DNA of 64,000 bases from assembly GCA_043228905.1 (NCBI GenBank), contig JBHGNT010000013.1, forward strand, positions 15,128,001 to 15,192,000, given 5' to 3'. Made by a program: the position numbers and the translations under genes. The stretch comes from Azolla caroliniana. Taxonomy: Eukaryota > Plantae > Polypodiophyta. The notes below the pieces were generated by a model. The model was not told the origin of the DNA, did not search any database, and saw nothing but the letters and a program-made list of their open reading frames with translations. Of this stretch, positions 1 to 15,250 are shown piece after piece; the stretch's first letter is position 1, and each line of letters starts with the position of its first letter.

Positions 1-2451
1 ATATGTATGTCAGCATGCATGCATGTAGGTACTATGTACACACATATGGATGTCATGCATGTAAATACATATGTACATATATGCATAATTACTTCATAAT
101 AGTTTCCATTTAACTTGAATATAAACGTTGAATCATAGACACTCAATGACCAACTATAAGCGAAGTGTGGGGTCTTCAAAATCCTGTTTTCTGTGACCAT
201 AAAAAAGACTGGATAATAACATAAACCAATTAAAGATGTTCATTTTTTTTTTGTAACAGATTTTGATACAGATCTCAGTCCTTTCTTCTCAGGATCTTTG
301 TTTCCAAAAGAATCTAGAAATGGAATCACTGAGAAGGTTATAACTTAAGTCCAAAAAATGGGAGAAAGAAACCTGCCTTTATCTAGAAGTGGTATCTTCT
401 TTGTGTTCTTGTGGACGAGGACCCAACAGCTTCCTCTGTCATAACTGCAACTCAAGCTTCTCTACCAAGCCAAGTTCGAATGTTTTACAGGTGTAGGCAT
501 GGTAGCAAAAAATTTGACTTCTATACATTGGATCAACAATAAACCATATTGGAGTATTTCAAAGCTCAACGGCTGCTAATAGACAAAAAAATCAAGAATT
601 AAGTAATAATTAGAAGCTGATTAAGGAAAAAATTCTGATTGTTCTTTCATTTTCTTAGCAATCAACTATTTTGCAGAATGAGTATTTAACGTTCCATAAA
701 TTGTGGAATTTCAAGCAATTGATGAATACTTTTTTCTCACAGGGAGGTAAAGGCAAGACACAGAAAAGAAGTGTGGCCAAAGGCATGGATAATTAGAAGT
801 AAATACTAAGGGATCTTGAGATAGAGGATTAGTTTTGAAGTTTGTGGCATGATGTTGGAAGAGAAACACCCCATTGTAATAAGAGAAGTGATTTCTACTG
901 CATAAGATGATACAGTATAGTTTGATGTTTAGTGACATATGAACTACGAATATGTGTGATTAGATAGTACAAAAACATTCATGCCAGTATCCCTCTCTTG
1001 GGAGCTCCACCCCCTGCGAACAATTTGCATTTGCGAGAATCTGGAAACATTCGTATATGTGATCTTCATGATCCAATAGGGTAGCAAGGACAAGCGCCAT
1101 ACTTAATTCAAGAAAAGTTCCCCTAATGGCCCCTCAATTATTCAAAATTTGGGCTATTGACATCATTAATCAGCTACAGAATATGCCAAAAAAACTCCAA
1201 AGAGAAAGGAAAAAATAGCACGTACAGTCCTTAGTCATTGAAACCAAGGAATCTAGGAAAATACAAAATGTAATCTCAGGAAATGCTCAGAAACTTACGA
1301 GTACTTTGGAATTTTTCCAAAGCGTGCTTTTATCTTCGACATTACCATCTCCATGGTCCTTATCTATGAACAGAAAAAAAAAATGTCTTCTCTATCTATG
1401 GACAGGAAAATGGTTTCCTTATCTACGAACAGAGAAAAATGAAATAGTTGTTACTCACCAGAAAAAAATGTATTTTCTTTTTTTTGTTGTTTCTTTCCTT
1501 AAACCTACAACGAGCAGAACAAAATTTGAAGAAAAGACAAGGATGAAGATCGCACCTCAAAATTAAAAGCAGGAAGGTATGCAGTGAAGACGAATGGGTA
1601 GGGGAACAATTCTTTTGCTGAAAATTTGCTAATAACAGGGGACACTGAAATGAAGCTTTCTCTGAACAGGCCAGGCCAGGCTCTTTGAACTGGCACGTCC
1701 CTCTCGCTCACGCTCAGACATCGATCGAGGGAGGCAAGACGACCGAGATTACTCTGTTTCATATTTCAAACCTATTTATACTCATTCTTTCTATCTGTCT
1801 CTGTTTCTCTGTTTCTTCCTTTTACCCCTTCCCACATTTTGGGAAATCACCCACATACCCCTCTGCTTTTATGTTTTTTACCGTAATACCCCTCTCTCAA
1901 GCTAGGTGATAAGATACTCTTCTTTTATGGGGGGGGGGGGGGGGGGGGGGGCCTTTGCCGATCGAGAACCTAATCCGATAGATCAGATTACTTAGCTCTC
2001 TTTTCCCGATCAAAATATTGCGGCCATCCCATTGTCTCGAATCTCACTACTTCAGTTCCACGACTATTACAAAATGCAGGGGCTTCTTATCGCATGACCT
2101 TTTGTCCCCTCGTATTACAACCTTTGCCGAATGAAGCCGATGGTTTTACAAACGAAGAACCGTGGTTCAACTCTTCTTAATTGCTGCTCGATTACTCAAT
2201 GGCAACTCTAAATGATCAAGTGTAGTGGGGGTTGGGATGCTTGACAAGTAGGTCTTTCGGAATGGCTCCTGTTGCTAGTAATCTTGGATAAAGAAAATGT
2301 TTGATCTGAATTGCATTCTTTCTCTATTAGTCTTTTTTGTAATTAGCTTACCCCAATTATAAGTTGTTAGACTACGCCTTGGGTTCGAGACCCAATTTTC
2401 TCACCTCTCTATTACTCCATACATATCCTCTTAATTTACTAGATGCCATTG

Positions 2452-2510
2452 TAGAATATACGGGTTTGAACCCATGACCTTTTGGTCTCCATTGGACAAC
2501 TGAGCTACAT
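2452..2510 (-). other. degenerate tRNA-derived (SINE-head-like / pseudo-tRNA) fragment
   Basis: Minus strand reads ATGTAGCTCAGTTG...AAGGTCATGGGTTCAAACCC, i.e. A-box-like and B-box-like Pol III elements at tRNA-like spacing; no complete cloverleaf visible. Confidence 0.3.
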
Positions 2511-4954
2511 CAATCTAGACTATCTCTCTCTCCCTCTCTTTCAAAATCACACTTAGAAAAGGAGACACGCAAAAAGAAATTGTGTTTAGATCCCGTGGGT
2601 CCATATAAATATCTTTGTGAATGTTACCAATTCTAAATCTATTTTGGTAACACTATGACCTTAAGGACCCATTCTTAAGCCACATTTCAATAGTTTAAGG
2701 GTAGTATAGGTGGGAAAAGTGAGGACTTGGAGACAAACCCTTTAGAACATGGGACATGTGAAAACATGTGGCAAACTACGAGACCGAGTTAAGTTGCATA
2801 AGGTGAACTAGCTACCTCCTCCTATTATGGTCCAAAAGTGCATTCTGCTTCATATAATTCACATAGAAGTCATACCAAAGTCAAAATTTAGCCAACACTT
2901 CCACGTGGACCACTAGATCTCATGCCTACTTGACTCTTAGACCTTGTAATCAACCTCCCTTTGATGTAACTAAAAACCACTAGGTACTCTATCTTGTTTG
3001 ATGTCATTCAGACTATTAAAGACGCATCGAATGGAGGTGGAAATTTTCTGCAATTAGAGGGACAATTATGCACATAACTCGCTAAGTTCCTTTATATCTA
3101 TGTATCAAGATATCATTTACTTGGAAGAAAGGCAAACTAATTGCTATGAATGCCAACCACCTTAAGCAAACATGGAAACTTGGATGACAAGAATGAATGG
3201 ATTTTTTTCAACTCCCTAAAGCAATTCATCATTTGCCACGTGCTCCTTCGAACCTTTTCTAGGATAAAGTACACTCAGCTTTTCATTTTAGAATAATGGA
3301 AGTGCCTAACCTACCAAAGTTCCCCAAGTTTGGGAGATTCAATAATCTATATTCAATCGCATGCCAAAATTCTTTGTTTGGGATATGGCCTCTACACTAG
3401 CACATTCATAGTTCTATGAACATTAACATGAATGAGGGAGTTAGAGTTGAAACAAGAAGTAAAAGATACTTGGATAATGCAAGGACAATAATATTGGAAG
3501 AACGGAGTACAATAAGCTTATTGGAAAATGGAGATGCTAACCACCTTGAATGCAACATTAGGAAATTCGGAATCCAATTTGAAGAAATGTTTATGAATTC
3601 GCTCCAAATTGCCACTATATAACATGTAGCCAAACGTACATCCATCCTACCTATATGCTAGGAATCCATGGATTACAAAATTATGGTAGGGACATAGCAA
3701 TTTATAATTTGGTCTATGCCACATACCTACTAATTTGTACGTTTGAAAGATAGAGAATGTTTCGACATATAATCAATACTTAATTGCATGATATGATGTG
3801 AATATAATAATTTGCATTAGTACATATTCTCTATAAATCTTGAAAATGATGTATCTTGAAGATAGTGATTCCAATATGCTAGCAAACATGCGTCTGGTTG
3901 TTGATACTTTGACTCTCATTCAAGGGAATCATCATACTCAACAATACATACAATGACAAGTGAAAAACACATTACAAGACTATTAAATGTAGGGCCTGTT
4001 ACACAAGCAACTTCTACTTGCAAACTGTATACTACAATTTGAATTAAAGTATCTTCGAATCTATAACATGGTTAAAATAAGAAAACCTCTACTTAATGCC
4101 AATTCTCATCTATATGCCAGTGCTGCCTTAGATGTATACTAAATAAGTTGAATACCCTAGTAGCAATTTATGGTATGGCTTGCTCGATCTGTTAAATACA
4201 ATATAAAATCCACATCTAGGTTTTAACTCTTATCAAGAAATCTTGATCAACTACATAAAACCCAATATTGCTTTCTTAGTAACTTGGATGTCTGAAAATT
4301 AACTTCAACGGATGAAATACAACACATTACAAGCAAAACTTGAAAGAGTAAAAACCTGACAATGTGAAAAGAAGTGTATACATACATAACATGGTTTTCC
4401 TTTCATTAATATAATGGCATACAAGAAAGACGCTATGTTGAGAAACCCCAGGGATTATCCTGTCACTAGAACTTCAAAACCAAGTCCGGTTGCAAGCCAC
4501 CAGATGTTTCTCTTGAAGAACATATACATTCACACAAGCCGGAATCTGGCTCTCTCCGAATACAAATGTTTGTATATATAAACAAAGATGGTTTTCCATT
4601 TATCATTGGTGCTACAGGCTACTTTACTCTGTTTGAGAGAACCCCCAACCAATATGATTTATCATTTTTTTTCGTTTTACTAATAAAAATTAACTTTTCT
4701 ATTTCTACCCCTCTTTTGCTGCTCCTGCTCCCAGTCAAACCTTGGCATGAAGTTTACAATGATACAAAGATTTAAGGTTATAGCTGGAGCCTGGTAACAC
4801 TGGGAAAGAAGGCAGCAGCATGAAATATGCAATAGCTGATTTACATATCTATCAGCAGCATAGGTTTCCTGAAATTCGCGGACTTCTCTCTCCTACCTCT
4901 TATCTCGTCTTTGGTGGCATCTAATTGCATTGGATATTGTAAGGAGATGGTTTC

Positions 4955-7900
4955 TTATCTTACAGATGCATTCTCTTTTATGGGCCTTTGATCACTGATT
5001 TCCTCCAGCTCTTCTTCATCTGGTTTTCTTCCAGCCTGTGCTTTCCAATAGCCAACCAACTTCTTTAACCGTATGACCTCCTTTGAAGCCGTGTTTTTAC
5101 TTGCATCATTAATAATCGAGCGCACCCTCGTTGCATAGCTGGAGGGAAAACAAGGAAAAAATAACAGCTGTCATCACATACCTTACAGACACTCAAAGAT
5201 TTTGATTTAACGAGCAACGCTGAGAACATACAACTTCAGAGTAGCCCCATACTTAAACGTCATTAATATTAAAAAATAACCATGATGTCTACCAAATTGC
5301 TTATTAAGCTCTACACTCACAGATTATTCTCTACCATAGTTCATTCTTGAGAATTGTCTTACACAATTTGATTTTGCCTTTTTCAAGTAACAAGGTTCAG
5401 ATACAAAATTGAGATCACATAACATGAATAACCAGAATGTGATTACAGTAATTTTAACGAAAACCTAGCAAATTGAAAATGTATTTATTTACTTTTATGT
5501 AGTTAAAACTTTTCCAGACAAGGAATTTCAGATATACAATACATGAGGATCAATTGTATTGGCAGAATAACAAAAATGGATGATAAATCAAAGAATAAGA
5601 TCTAGCTGGTAAGGACTAATGGTTCAGTGGTCACTATAATTGAAATGCAATGCCAAACAGAGTTTAATAAATGTTCTCTTAATTCCACAATAGGCATACC
5701 TGAGAGAATTATGTGTTTCATCTAGATTTGAATCTGCTGGAGATATATTAACAAACATGAGCGTTTTTGCATTTCCACCAAGAGAGTCACTCATTAACAT
5801 CGTCAACTTATGGTTCCGATATGGTATATGCTGTGTATCTGTTGATAATGCACTTATGACATCACCAAGGGCTGACAAAGACTTATTAATGCTTTGAGCT
5901 TCTTTCAATTGTTCTCCGGCTGAACCAGATTTCTTTATCCTCTCAGATCCAGCCAAGTCAACAAAGCTGAGCTGTGAAAGGAAAGAAGCCAATAAAGGAA
6001 AAGACAAAAATGCAAATTGCTAAAAACTAACCCATCTTAGATTCACCAGGAAACTAACAGAAATGCCAAGTTAACCAAGTTTAGCTGTCAAATGAATGAG
6101 AAGATAAATGTGCAATTTAGATTTTCATATCTCAGACTGAAAGTGAAAGTTGAGAAGGTAAAAGGGCAAAAGTTCTTCCATGGTAGCAGTTCATGTAAAT
6201 ACCTTCCCCTTCACTTGTATTTGTGTTTGAAGATTTGTGCTCTCAATAATCACAGAGAGAATGAGATGAGAACGAGAACTTTCGGCATTCATTTGAGTTC
6301 CAGAAGTATGCCGTTGCTCCAAACCTTTGGCAACTATTGCTTGTAGCTCGTCTCTTGAAGTAATTGTTAGAAGCGTTGCATTTTCAACTACCACCAATCC
6401 CTTACACAGTGATGGACAAAATGTCTTAGACCAATTTATTAGATTGACCTCATAACACAATTATTGTCACTATTAGAGATGTACCTTGGAATCCTTTTTA
6501 ACTTCAAGCTTTTGCTTCTTTGCATTCTTTGGTCGCAGCAAATCAACAAGGGTATCTTGATAAAGTTCAATCATGTATGCCTGTTTAGGCATATACATGT
6601 AAATATTAGAGCTCATTTCATTTAGGAATGATAATCATCTGACATTTTCTCTAAATTTTTCGCACCTTAAGAGAGAAGCAAAATTTATTGCCGTCTCTTT
6701 GTAAAATCCTGAAAAGTTCTTCTGTGGCTCTGGGTGTAAGTCCTGGGTTCCCATCAGAACCATAGATCGTGAAGGTTTTCCCAGATCCAGTCTGTCCGTA
6801 AGCAAATATGCAAACGTTGAAGCCATCGACTGCAGATTGCACTAAAAACTGCATGAAAACATATATGTTTCAGATACCCTCATCTGCATGAAACTACCAA
6901 AACAACGTATTTCGTCAGATTAAAATCTTAAGAATCAATATACCTTTGTACTCTCAAAAACCTCCTCTTGAGAAGCATTGCCATCAAAAACGTGGTCAAA
7001 TTGATGCTGTTTTGATTTGTCATCTTTCCAAGGGTGCTCCAATGTGAACTCATCTGGAGAAATGAGGACTGTCTTCTGGCCTTCTGACAGTTCTTTTTCG
7101 CTTATAGGCCTCCAACGAGCATAAACTCTGATTTTTCCCTTCATATCTGAAAATAAAAGGAGCTTCTCTTGAGAAATTTGATCTAAACTGATACACTTAA
7201 AACAGTCAATCAGTTATGCTTATCAGCATAACATAACCCACCTTCCATCATATTGAAATATCGTTTTCTAAGAATCTGCTCTTCTTTGTAAAGAGATTCA
7301 AGTTCTGCAAGCTGTTCTGCCTGTTTCTTCAAAATAGAAGCTGTTTGGGCATTTTTCCTGTCAATGTCCTGTCATACAAACCATATTTCATATCAAAAGG
7401 GATCTTAGAGAGTGAAGGTGGATTCAAAGTGTTGGTACACAAACAACTGGAAGTCATGTATCTCATATTAAGGGTGTGAAACTAATGAAGTCCGTTTTGG
7501 CCTCTTAAAAGACGTTAATATTTCTTTCTGTCTTTCTTTCTTTTACCTCTTTCATTTCCCTAAGTTCTTCTAGTTCTTTCAAGCTTCCTTGCAAAGCTTC
7601 AAGTTCAGATGTACGAAGAGCCAACATTGACTCTACCATACTGAATTCCTGGGTCTGCTCCATCAACTTCTTTTCCAGCTCGCCTATCCTTTTCCTCATG
7701 TTGTTACGCTCTTGTGAAAACTGTTTCTCTAAATTATGGGCCTACACCAAAAATGAACAGTTAAAAAACTGTATAAGATGATTAATAATATCAAGTCCCA
7801 TGACAGTTCCACCAATATTACCTCATTTAGCTTCTTTTTCTCAGCCCTGCTAAGTTTCTGCTCAAGCAGCTCTTTTTCATTAGCCAACTTCTTTGCAGCT

Positions 7901-10900
7901 TCCTGAGCTGCCCGCAGTTCATCTATCCGCATCTTCAACTCATTTTGAAGGTCAACGGTCTGACAAACAAGACATCTCATTCCTGTTAATAAAGATACTA
8001 TTGAAATATTGTACAACTATTAATGAACATTTGAAGTGCTATACTATTCTTAGAGATTGAAGTTCCATCACTTTATTAGCTCAATAAAGTGATGCACATA
8101 CCATAATGGAAGTATGTTAACCATAAACTTTACCTGAGTATATGGTAAATGATCTATAGATGACATGTAAACTATAAAATTTACCTGGGTATCACATACT
8201 GCAGCTGCAACTTTGTCAACACCTTGTTTTAAGTTCATTGTTTGTAGAAGACCCTCTAAAGCCATGTTTTCAGCTCTGGCAGCCTACAAACACATTTCTC
8301 TCTTTCACACTTTTTTTCTCTTTCTTTTCTTTTTCTGCACTCTCTTAACCCCCTCTCTCCAGCCTGTAGGTATTAGGTTGTCACCCTCTTAAAGCACATG
8401 CAGATGTTACACTCTCACTATTTATCCTTACTGTATCGTTCACTTTATTTTTGTTTTTGTTCTGGACACCCATTCACATACACATGTTTTGTGTCACATA
8501 AACATAGAATAATACCTCTTTCTGCTTACTTTCTGTATTGTAACTTTTAAATTTGAGCTTGATACCCAGGTTTTGATTTCTCAAACACATAAAAGAATAC
8601 TTCTTTCTGCCTTTTCAATCTTCACATCTTACTCCTCTATTAGCCCATATGCGAGCCAGCACTCTCGACCTTCACACTATTTCTTCTCTCTCCAGATAGT
8701 ATGCTGCCACAATCTCATCTTTGCTCTTTTTATTTACCACAAATTATTTCTCAGCTCACATGCACAATGTACTCGATGATAAATTAGCCAATAGACTATT
8801 CATGTACTAGGGATCATTAGAAGTTATCATTTTGAATGGTTGATCATTTCTAGCAAGCTCCAACGTTTGATGCGTTCTGGATGTTTAAAACTATCATATA
8901 TTCTTTTTAAATTTTGTTAGCATTGGATGATGAAAACGTTCAGATGTTTAGGATTTTGAAGTTCTCATCTCTTGCATGATACATGTAGAAGATAAAAAAT
9001 CTCTTACATCTCTGTACATACGTAGATATTCTCATATATTCAGTTTCAGAGTGACATTTCCCCATTTTCTTAAAGAGCCGACACTCTGGTTCTGCTTTTA
9101 CAGTTTCTTTTACTGCTATGCATGTAAGGACCTGACCATAATCGCATGGAGGGAATTGCAACATGCCAAATGATTAACCAATCCATGATTGGAATTTGAA
9201 CAGGGCCTCTATCTACCACCTTCAGTCACCAACCTACAAACCTTAAATCTTAACAAGTAAGTGTATAAATGTGTGGAAGAGGAATTAATGATTCTGGTAT
9301 AAAAATTTAGGCATTCAAAGTTCATCAATGACCTTGAAACTTTAATCAAAACACTAGAATGCAAGCTAATGTTGAAACAGCTCAATCTAGGAATCTTCTG
9401 GAATGAAATGACCATCATTTACGTAGGAAAAGAGGTAGACAGGTAGAAATCTTGACTTTCAGATCAGAAACTCGAAGGCCTGATGTTGTGACATGCATTC
9501 AAGATAGAACCAGGCAAGGAAATTGTTATTGATCCCTCAGCATATGACATGGAAACCCATTAGATGAGGTCAGAACTCCAACCCAAGAAGGTTGTTTTCT
9601 TGTTTCCAGCATGCCAAATTTACAGCCATTAGTCCAAATTTATCCTCCAAAGACTAGCTCTGTGGCTAACATACCAAGTTCCTAGCTTCCTATAAAATTC
9701 TTCCTTTTGCAATTTCGCTGCCTGATGGTCACATTTCTCTGTATACACACTTTAATGTAAGACAGCTTCTAAATTCTGATCCTTCTAATGGCGCTCAGAA
9801 AGTTAGCTTGAATAAATTTTAATGCTTCACCACAGCATATTTCTATTTCCCTCATGCTGCATTTGATTCAAGTAATAAGATACTTTTAAATGCAGTTCCC
9901 TCGCATAACCTATGCCAATAATAAGTCTTCTTGAAATAATCTAGTGTGTCTCACATATTCTCTTAATCAATCAAAGTTCAAATTCCAGCGGCATCAAATA
10001 TTAGTTGAAAAAGACAATCAGTGGGTTAAACAAGGGTACAAACATCAAAACAACACAGATGATGGGTCTTTAGCTCGCTCTTTCAGGAAAAGTCAGATCT
10101 ATGAACATACAGACAGACTTACTATCCCAACATCACTATGTTATCACATCTTTCAACACAAAATGCTGGCATCAATGCTTACACTAGCATGGACTCTAAG
10201 GCATGTATCTTAACAATTAAATGTAGGCCTAAAATGTAGCATGACACCTTATATACCTAAAAAAAGTATAGCGAGGGGACAACTTGTGTGTCATTGTGAC
10301 AACATGAAATATCTTTGAGCCAGTCTATACATGTGGAAAAGAAAATCAACAAGTTAGAACACCTCTCCACAACAACAGAAGCAAATATTCCAAAGACCCC
10401 AAGCTATCATTTCCCCTTGAAAAGGACTGCAAATTTTACCCCAATCAAGAACATTATATAAATTGAACTGCAGAAACAAATCACATTTATGGCTGCAATA
10501 TTCATATATTCCATAGTTCTCATATAGCATACTTGGATGGAGGATTCTTTTTCTTCCAGAAGCTTGCTTAAGGTGTTTTTTTCTTCAGTTAACTCAGATA
10601 AACTCCGCTGAGCTGCATGAAAAGAGTCTTTTTGGCCTTCAATTTCCTCATATAACTCTGTTTCTCTTTTCTCTCTGTGTCTGATCTCTTCAGTAAGCTG
10701 TGGAAGACAAATATCATGAGCCTGATTGTAATTTGTACTTATACCTAGACAATTAAATATATATCGCCACTTATTAAACATCACTTACTTGATCCATCTT
10801 TTTCTGTGATTCTTCAAGGAGTTTAGACATTTCTTGGATTCGTTTCTCATATAACTCAATACCAGGAGTTTTGACGTTTGTTGTTGTTGATTCACCATTA

Positions 10901-13900
10901 TTTTGTACTGCACCATTGGTAATTGATCTTGTCTTTGAATAGCGCTTCAGCATTACATCATTGATATGTGTTTGGAGTGCAACACATATCTCCTCTCCCT
11001 ATATGAAACAGAAGGCTAATTATTTTGCTGGCAAAATGTCATAAGAGGTGCAAAAAGTTTTATTTTCAGACTACACTCAAAAGAAGGTTTCCAACATCCT
11101 CGGGCATGTACCTGTTTAGTCTCAAACTGAAAGATGTGAAGAACACCTGCAACACGCATTTTAAAGAAAACTGCTGTGTTGCTGCTGCCAAATTGCATAA
11201 TGTCACGAAGCTCTGCAGAGTGCAAATATTCCTTGGGAATGGGCCGAAAAAAATGAACCTTCCACCCAAAAAATAAAACAGCACTTGTCAATTGCCACTA
11301 CATAAGGCATTATGGACAGAACGCATGTATGGAACCTAATGGTACAAACTTACTCCACGTTTATTTATTCCAAGTATAATACGTCCAGGAAGAAGACCAA
11401 TTGGATCTTCAATTTTTCGGGCACTGAAGAAAACTGAATTGCCATAAGGCAGCAATCGTAATACACGAAGAAATTGCTGCCGTGCATCATCCCTTGACAA
11501 GTGTTCCTGGATAGAGACTTATGTGAATACAAACTCAAACTAGGGAAACCAAACTTGTCCTGCTTCATTAAGAATTACCAAAGACTGATAGCGTGAGATA
11601 ATATCACTATCCCAGTCCTGCCTAGTGCGAGTTACTGCAACTTGTTTCGGCAAGGAATGGTCAAGCAATGTAGGCCACTCTCTGTAACATCATAAGAATG
11701 ACTCATGATAAGATATTTTTTATGGCTAGTTAAGATTTCTTCAGAGCTTGGTTCACTGAATTGTGAAAGATAGGTTGGAATTATTGTTCTTCCACACTTA
11801 CAAGTTATTCTCAGGACTATGGACAAAACCCATCTCAGCAAACATTTGCAATGCTGCTAGTTGTGCAGCATCATCCCTTCCCACAGGATAATTACCCAGC
11901 AAATAATCATGTCGCAGCTGCAATTAATAGAATGAAGTGAACATCATTTCACTAAAAACTTCTCTTTAATATTCTTTTCCAGCTCCATTTAAGATACCCC
12001 AGTGATTGCATATACTGAATCCCTTGTTTCTTCAACAAAAATATGTGCAAGCTTTGAACCACATCGGTTGTCAAGATTAAGACACACCAACCACGTAAAA
12101 AAATAATATTTTGCACTTGTATGTGTCATATGTATATAATTATATGTCTATATGCATTTATATGTAGAGAGATAGATAGATTGATAGATATGCTAGCATC
12201 CGGTGAAATCAGTATATTATACCCCCAAATCCCATTGTAAGACAGCTCAAACTCCACCACCACTTCTCAGTTTACAATGGAAAGCAAAGATTATGTTGAT
12301 AAAGGTGAATGAATCACGGGTCTCCTAACACACAGCCATTCAAGTACATAATCCCTACCTGCACATAGGAAAGTTGTACAAACATAGGTTCTGTAATGGT
12401 TTCGTCTGATTCTCGGAAAAGCCGCTTTTTAAATACAAGTTTGCACTGAAGTATTTCCCCTTTACTGCGCTCTTTTGCAACTTTGAAGTCAATCAGCAGA
12501 TCTCCAATAAATCTATGATCATCCAAACCTATATATTCTTCTGCAAGGAATCCAAAATATATGTCACGTGAAAAACCCAAAGTCTCATAGTTCATTAGCA
12601 TAAACAGCTTCTAAGTCTTACCGTTTCCCGTATCTGATGTTTTAGAGCCTGGTAGCATCTTCCGACATTCAAATAGACTGAAGGTATTAAAATATGAGAG
12701 CTTGATTATGCCAGCAAGTTCCTGATATATAGAAAACAAAAATGAAAACAATTGGATATAATATTAGACCTCAGCTGCTAATGAGCACTTCTCAAATCCC
12801 AAATTCATTTATAGAGTACCAACTAAATTTCTTATTCTAACATCACGTATCGACTTAAACAACAATCATGCGAGCTACGAAATATGAAGAGATCAAAAGT
12901 CATGCTCTTCCTCATCCCATTTCAAGTTATTACCTCCACAGCCTCTGCTACTGTAGTCGAGATGTCATATGTCACTTCTTCAAAAGTGTTGTCCAAAAAG
13001 AATGCTATCGTAGTAAGTTTGCGACCTGCAAGAAGGGCTTCTATTTCATCATATGAAGGCACAATGCGCCTTGGTCCGGCTTTAATAGTTCGCCTTAAGG
13101 CATTCCAACTCTTCAATGCAAGAGCCTGTATTTCCGGATCCACATCTTGAGCATGTGCAATGTCATGTACATATTCAGACAAATATGCAGCAACATCTTT
13201 TCCCGGAGGCATTGCTGATGCACATAGATATAAGATCTCCCATGCTTTCACTAAGGAAAACCTTCAAACATGTAAAGCCTTAATTAAGCAACAGTGTACA
13301 GTGAATAGCATCAACTCCATAACTATGAAAAAGTTAAACTAATCTCAATAGACACTAATGAGAGAGGCTGTTTGTAGACCTGTCTGGATTATTGCGGGTC
13401 TGTTTGGAAACTTGTACAAATAGTTCATCCCTAAGCTCAGCTCTCGTAAGTGTGTGCTTGTAAAGCTTACTTATTATCTCCACTTGGTCTTGTGCCGACA
13501 ATGGTGTTGCTGCCGGAGATCCATCAACCCCCATATATTTCAGGACCAACTGAAACAGTTTTACTGCCCGACCAATAAGGTCATTGTTGATCCGAAGAAG
13601 TGAGGTTGGAATAGGATCCTAACAAAACAAAAGGGAAGATAAATCTAAAGTTTACAAGACAAAGTCTTCATAATTTACATCTCAACTTGTAGGTGAACGG
13701 CGCACCTTTTGGAAACACAGCATTTCTTCTACTGTATATTTTTCTCTGCCTTGGGGTGCCACTGATCTTTTCGAAAAGAAACCTCGCTTGCCACCTGTCT
13801 GTAGCTGCTTTTGCATCAGTTTCATGAACCCATCAACCTAATCAATTGTATCAAAAGAGAATAAGGCAATTCATTCTTAAGTTAGCCAATAAAAGGCAGA

Positions 13901-14410
13901 AAAGCATATTCCAACAGGTCTATTGTTAATACCTGGAATCTTTCAAGAAGGGGGATTGACCCAGCCAACTCTGGAAGTGAAGGCATTGGTGAGGTCCTCG
14001 GAGTCCTGTTTTTGTTTATTTGATAAAAAAAGGATTAAGCTTATAGGCAATCACTCAATGCAGTAATGCTAAAAATCTACTCATAATAACTAAGGATTGA
14101 AAGAGAAGTCAATCAAATCTACTGTTTAAATTACAGATCAACCAACCCCTGTATCTTCCAAACAGCAAGGTCTAAACAGCCCATAACCTGGTCTCTCTAA
14201 TTCCCACTCTGATTTTTCAGGCCTCTCTGTGAGAATTTCACGTAAAAAAAACAATTGCAAGAGAAAAAGGAATTACTGTGAGCAGTCTGTGCCATCGCTG
14301 TCATATTCCTCCCCTGCAAGAGAGGAAGGAGCTTTAGGCTGTGCTGGAGTATCACCATTGCTTAATGAGGAGCGCTTGCTGGAAAGAGAGGGAATGCTGA
14401 AAGTAGACAT
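4955..14410 (-). CDS. KCBP: kinesin-like calmodulin-binding protein (kinesin-14; MyTH4-FERM-coiled coil-C-terminal motor-CaM-binding helix), multi-exon gene span
   Basis: Exons encode MyTH4 ([33 protein letters not shown]), FERM ([35 protein letters not shown]), coiled coils, motor ([50 protein letters not shown]) and terminal CaM helix [19 protein letters not shown]; ATG at 14410, TAA at 4955-4957; GT-AG introns where checked. Confidence 0.96.
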
Positions 14411-14654
14411 ATTCACAAAAGGGGGGGAGGAAACTAGTTTTGCGAAATTTATTCTCTTCTGTTTCTAGAACCGCTAATGTCGGTGATGGTACTCTGTATG
14501 TCTTGTAGCTCCAGCAAACGAACTCAAACCCCAGCGATGGAGCTACATTATGAGGCAGAATTACTTCTATTACTACTAGCACTACTATTTCTTCTTGATC
14601 TCTGATCTTTCTCCTTCCTAGGAGACTGACAGACAGAAAAACACAAAAACGAGG

Positions 14655-14775
14655 TTCTTCTTCTTCTTCTTCTTCTTCTTCTTCTTCTTCTTCTTCTTCT
14701 TCTTCTTCTTCTTCTTCTTCTTCTTCTTCTTCTTCTTCTTCTTCTTCTTCTTCTTCTTCTTCTTCTTCTTCTTCT
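14655..14775. repeat. (TTC)n microsatellite, about 40 units, upstream of KCBP
   Basis: Perfect TTC run; explains the spurious poly-Lys ORF. Confidence 0.95.
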
Positions 14776-14916
14776 TTTTCACCCGTGTAAGCTCCTCCTG
14801 CGTAAGAGACAGACGACAGAAAAACCGGCTACCTCTGCTACTGCTACTGATTTCTACTTCTGCGCTTGCTTCTGATTCGAATTCTGGCTTCTTCCTTTGA
14901 GCCTCCTTCTCGATCT

Positions 14917-14917
<1 letters not shown>

Positions 14918-15007
<90 letters not shown>

Positions 15008-15219
15008 CCCAAACAAAAAAATGAGCTCCCTTCTTCTTCCTCCTCCTTCCTCTGCTTCTTCTATGCTCCTCCTCCTCCTCAGCCTTCCTTCTTCTTCTTC
15101 TTCTTCTTCTTCTTCTTCTTCGTTCTTCTTCTTTGTTCTTCTTCGTTCTTCTGTTTTCTATGTGATTATTGAAAGGAGCTCCGTGGAATATGGTGGATCT
15201 CTCTCTGAGTGACTGAGAC

Positions 15220-15250
<31 letters not shown>

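Noticed and set aside
300-1800. Possible 5' end of a minus-strand gene running out of the window
   Set aside because: Splice-like sites exist but no recognisable protein frame could be assembled
1825-2300. Possible Pol III ncRNA (USE-like TCCCACAT, G-run, AACCTAA) such as telomerase RNA
   Set aside because: No properly spaced TATA, no CCCTAAA template and no recognisable snRNA, TR or MRP motifs
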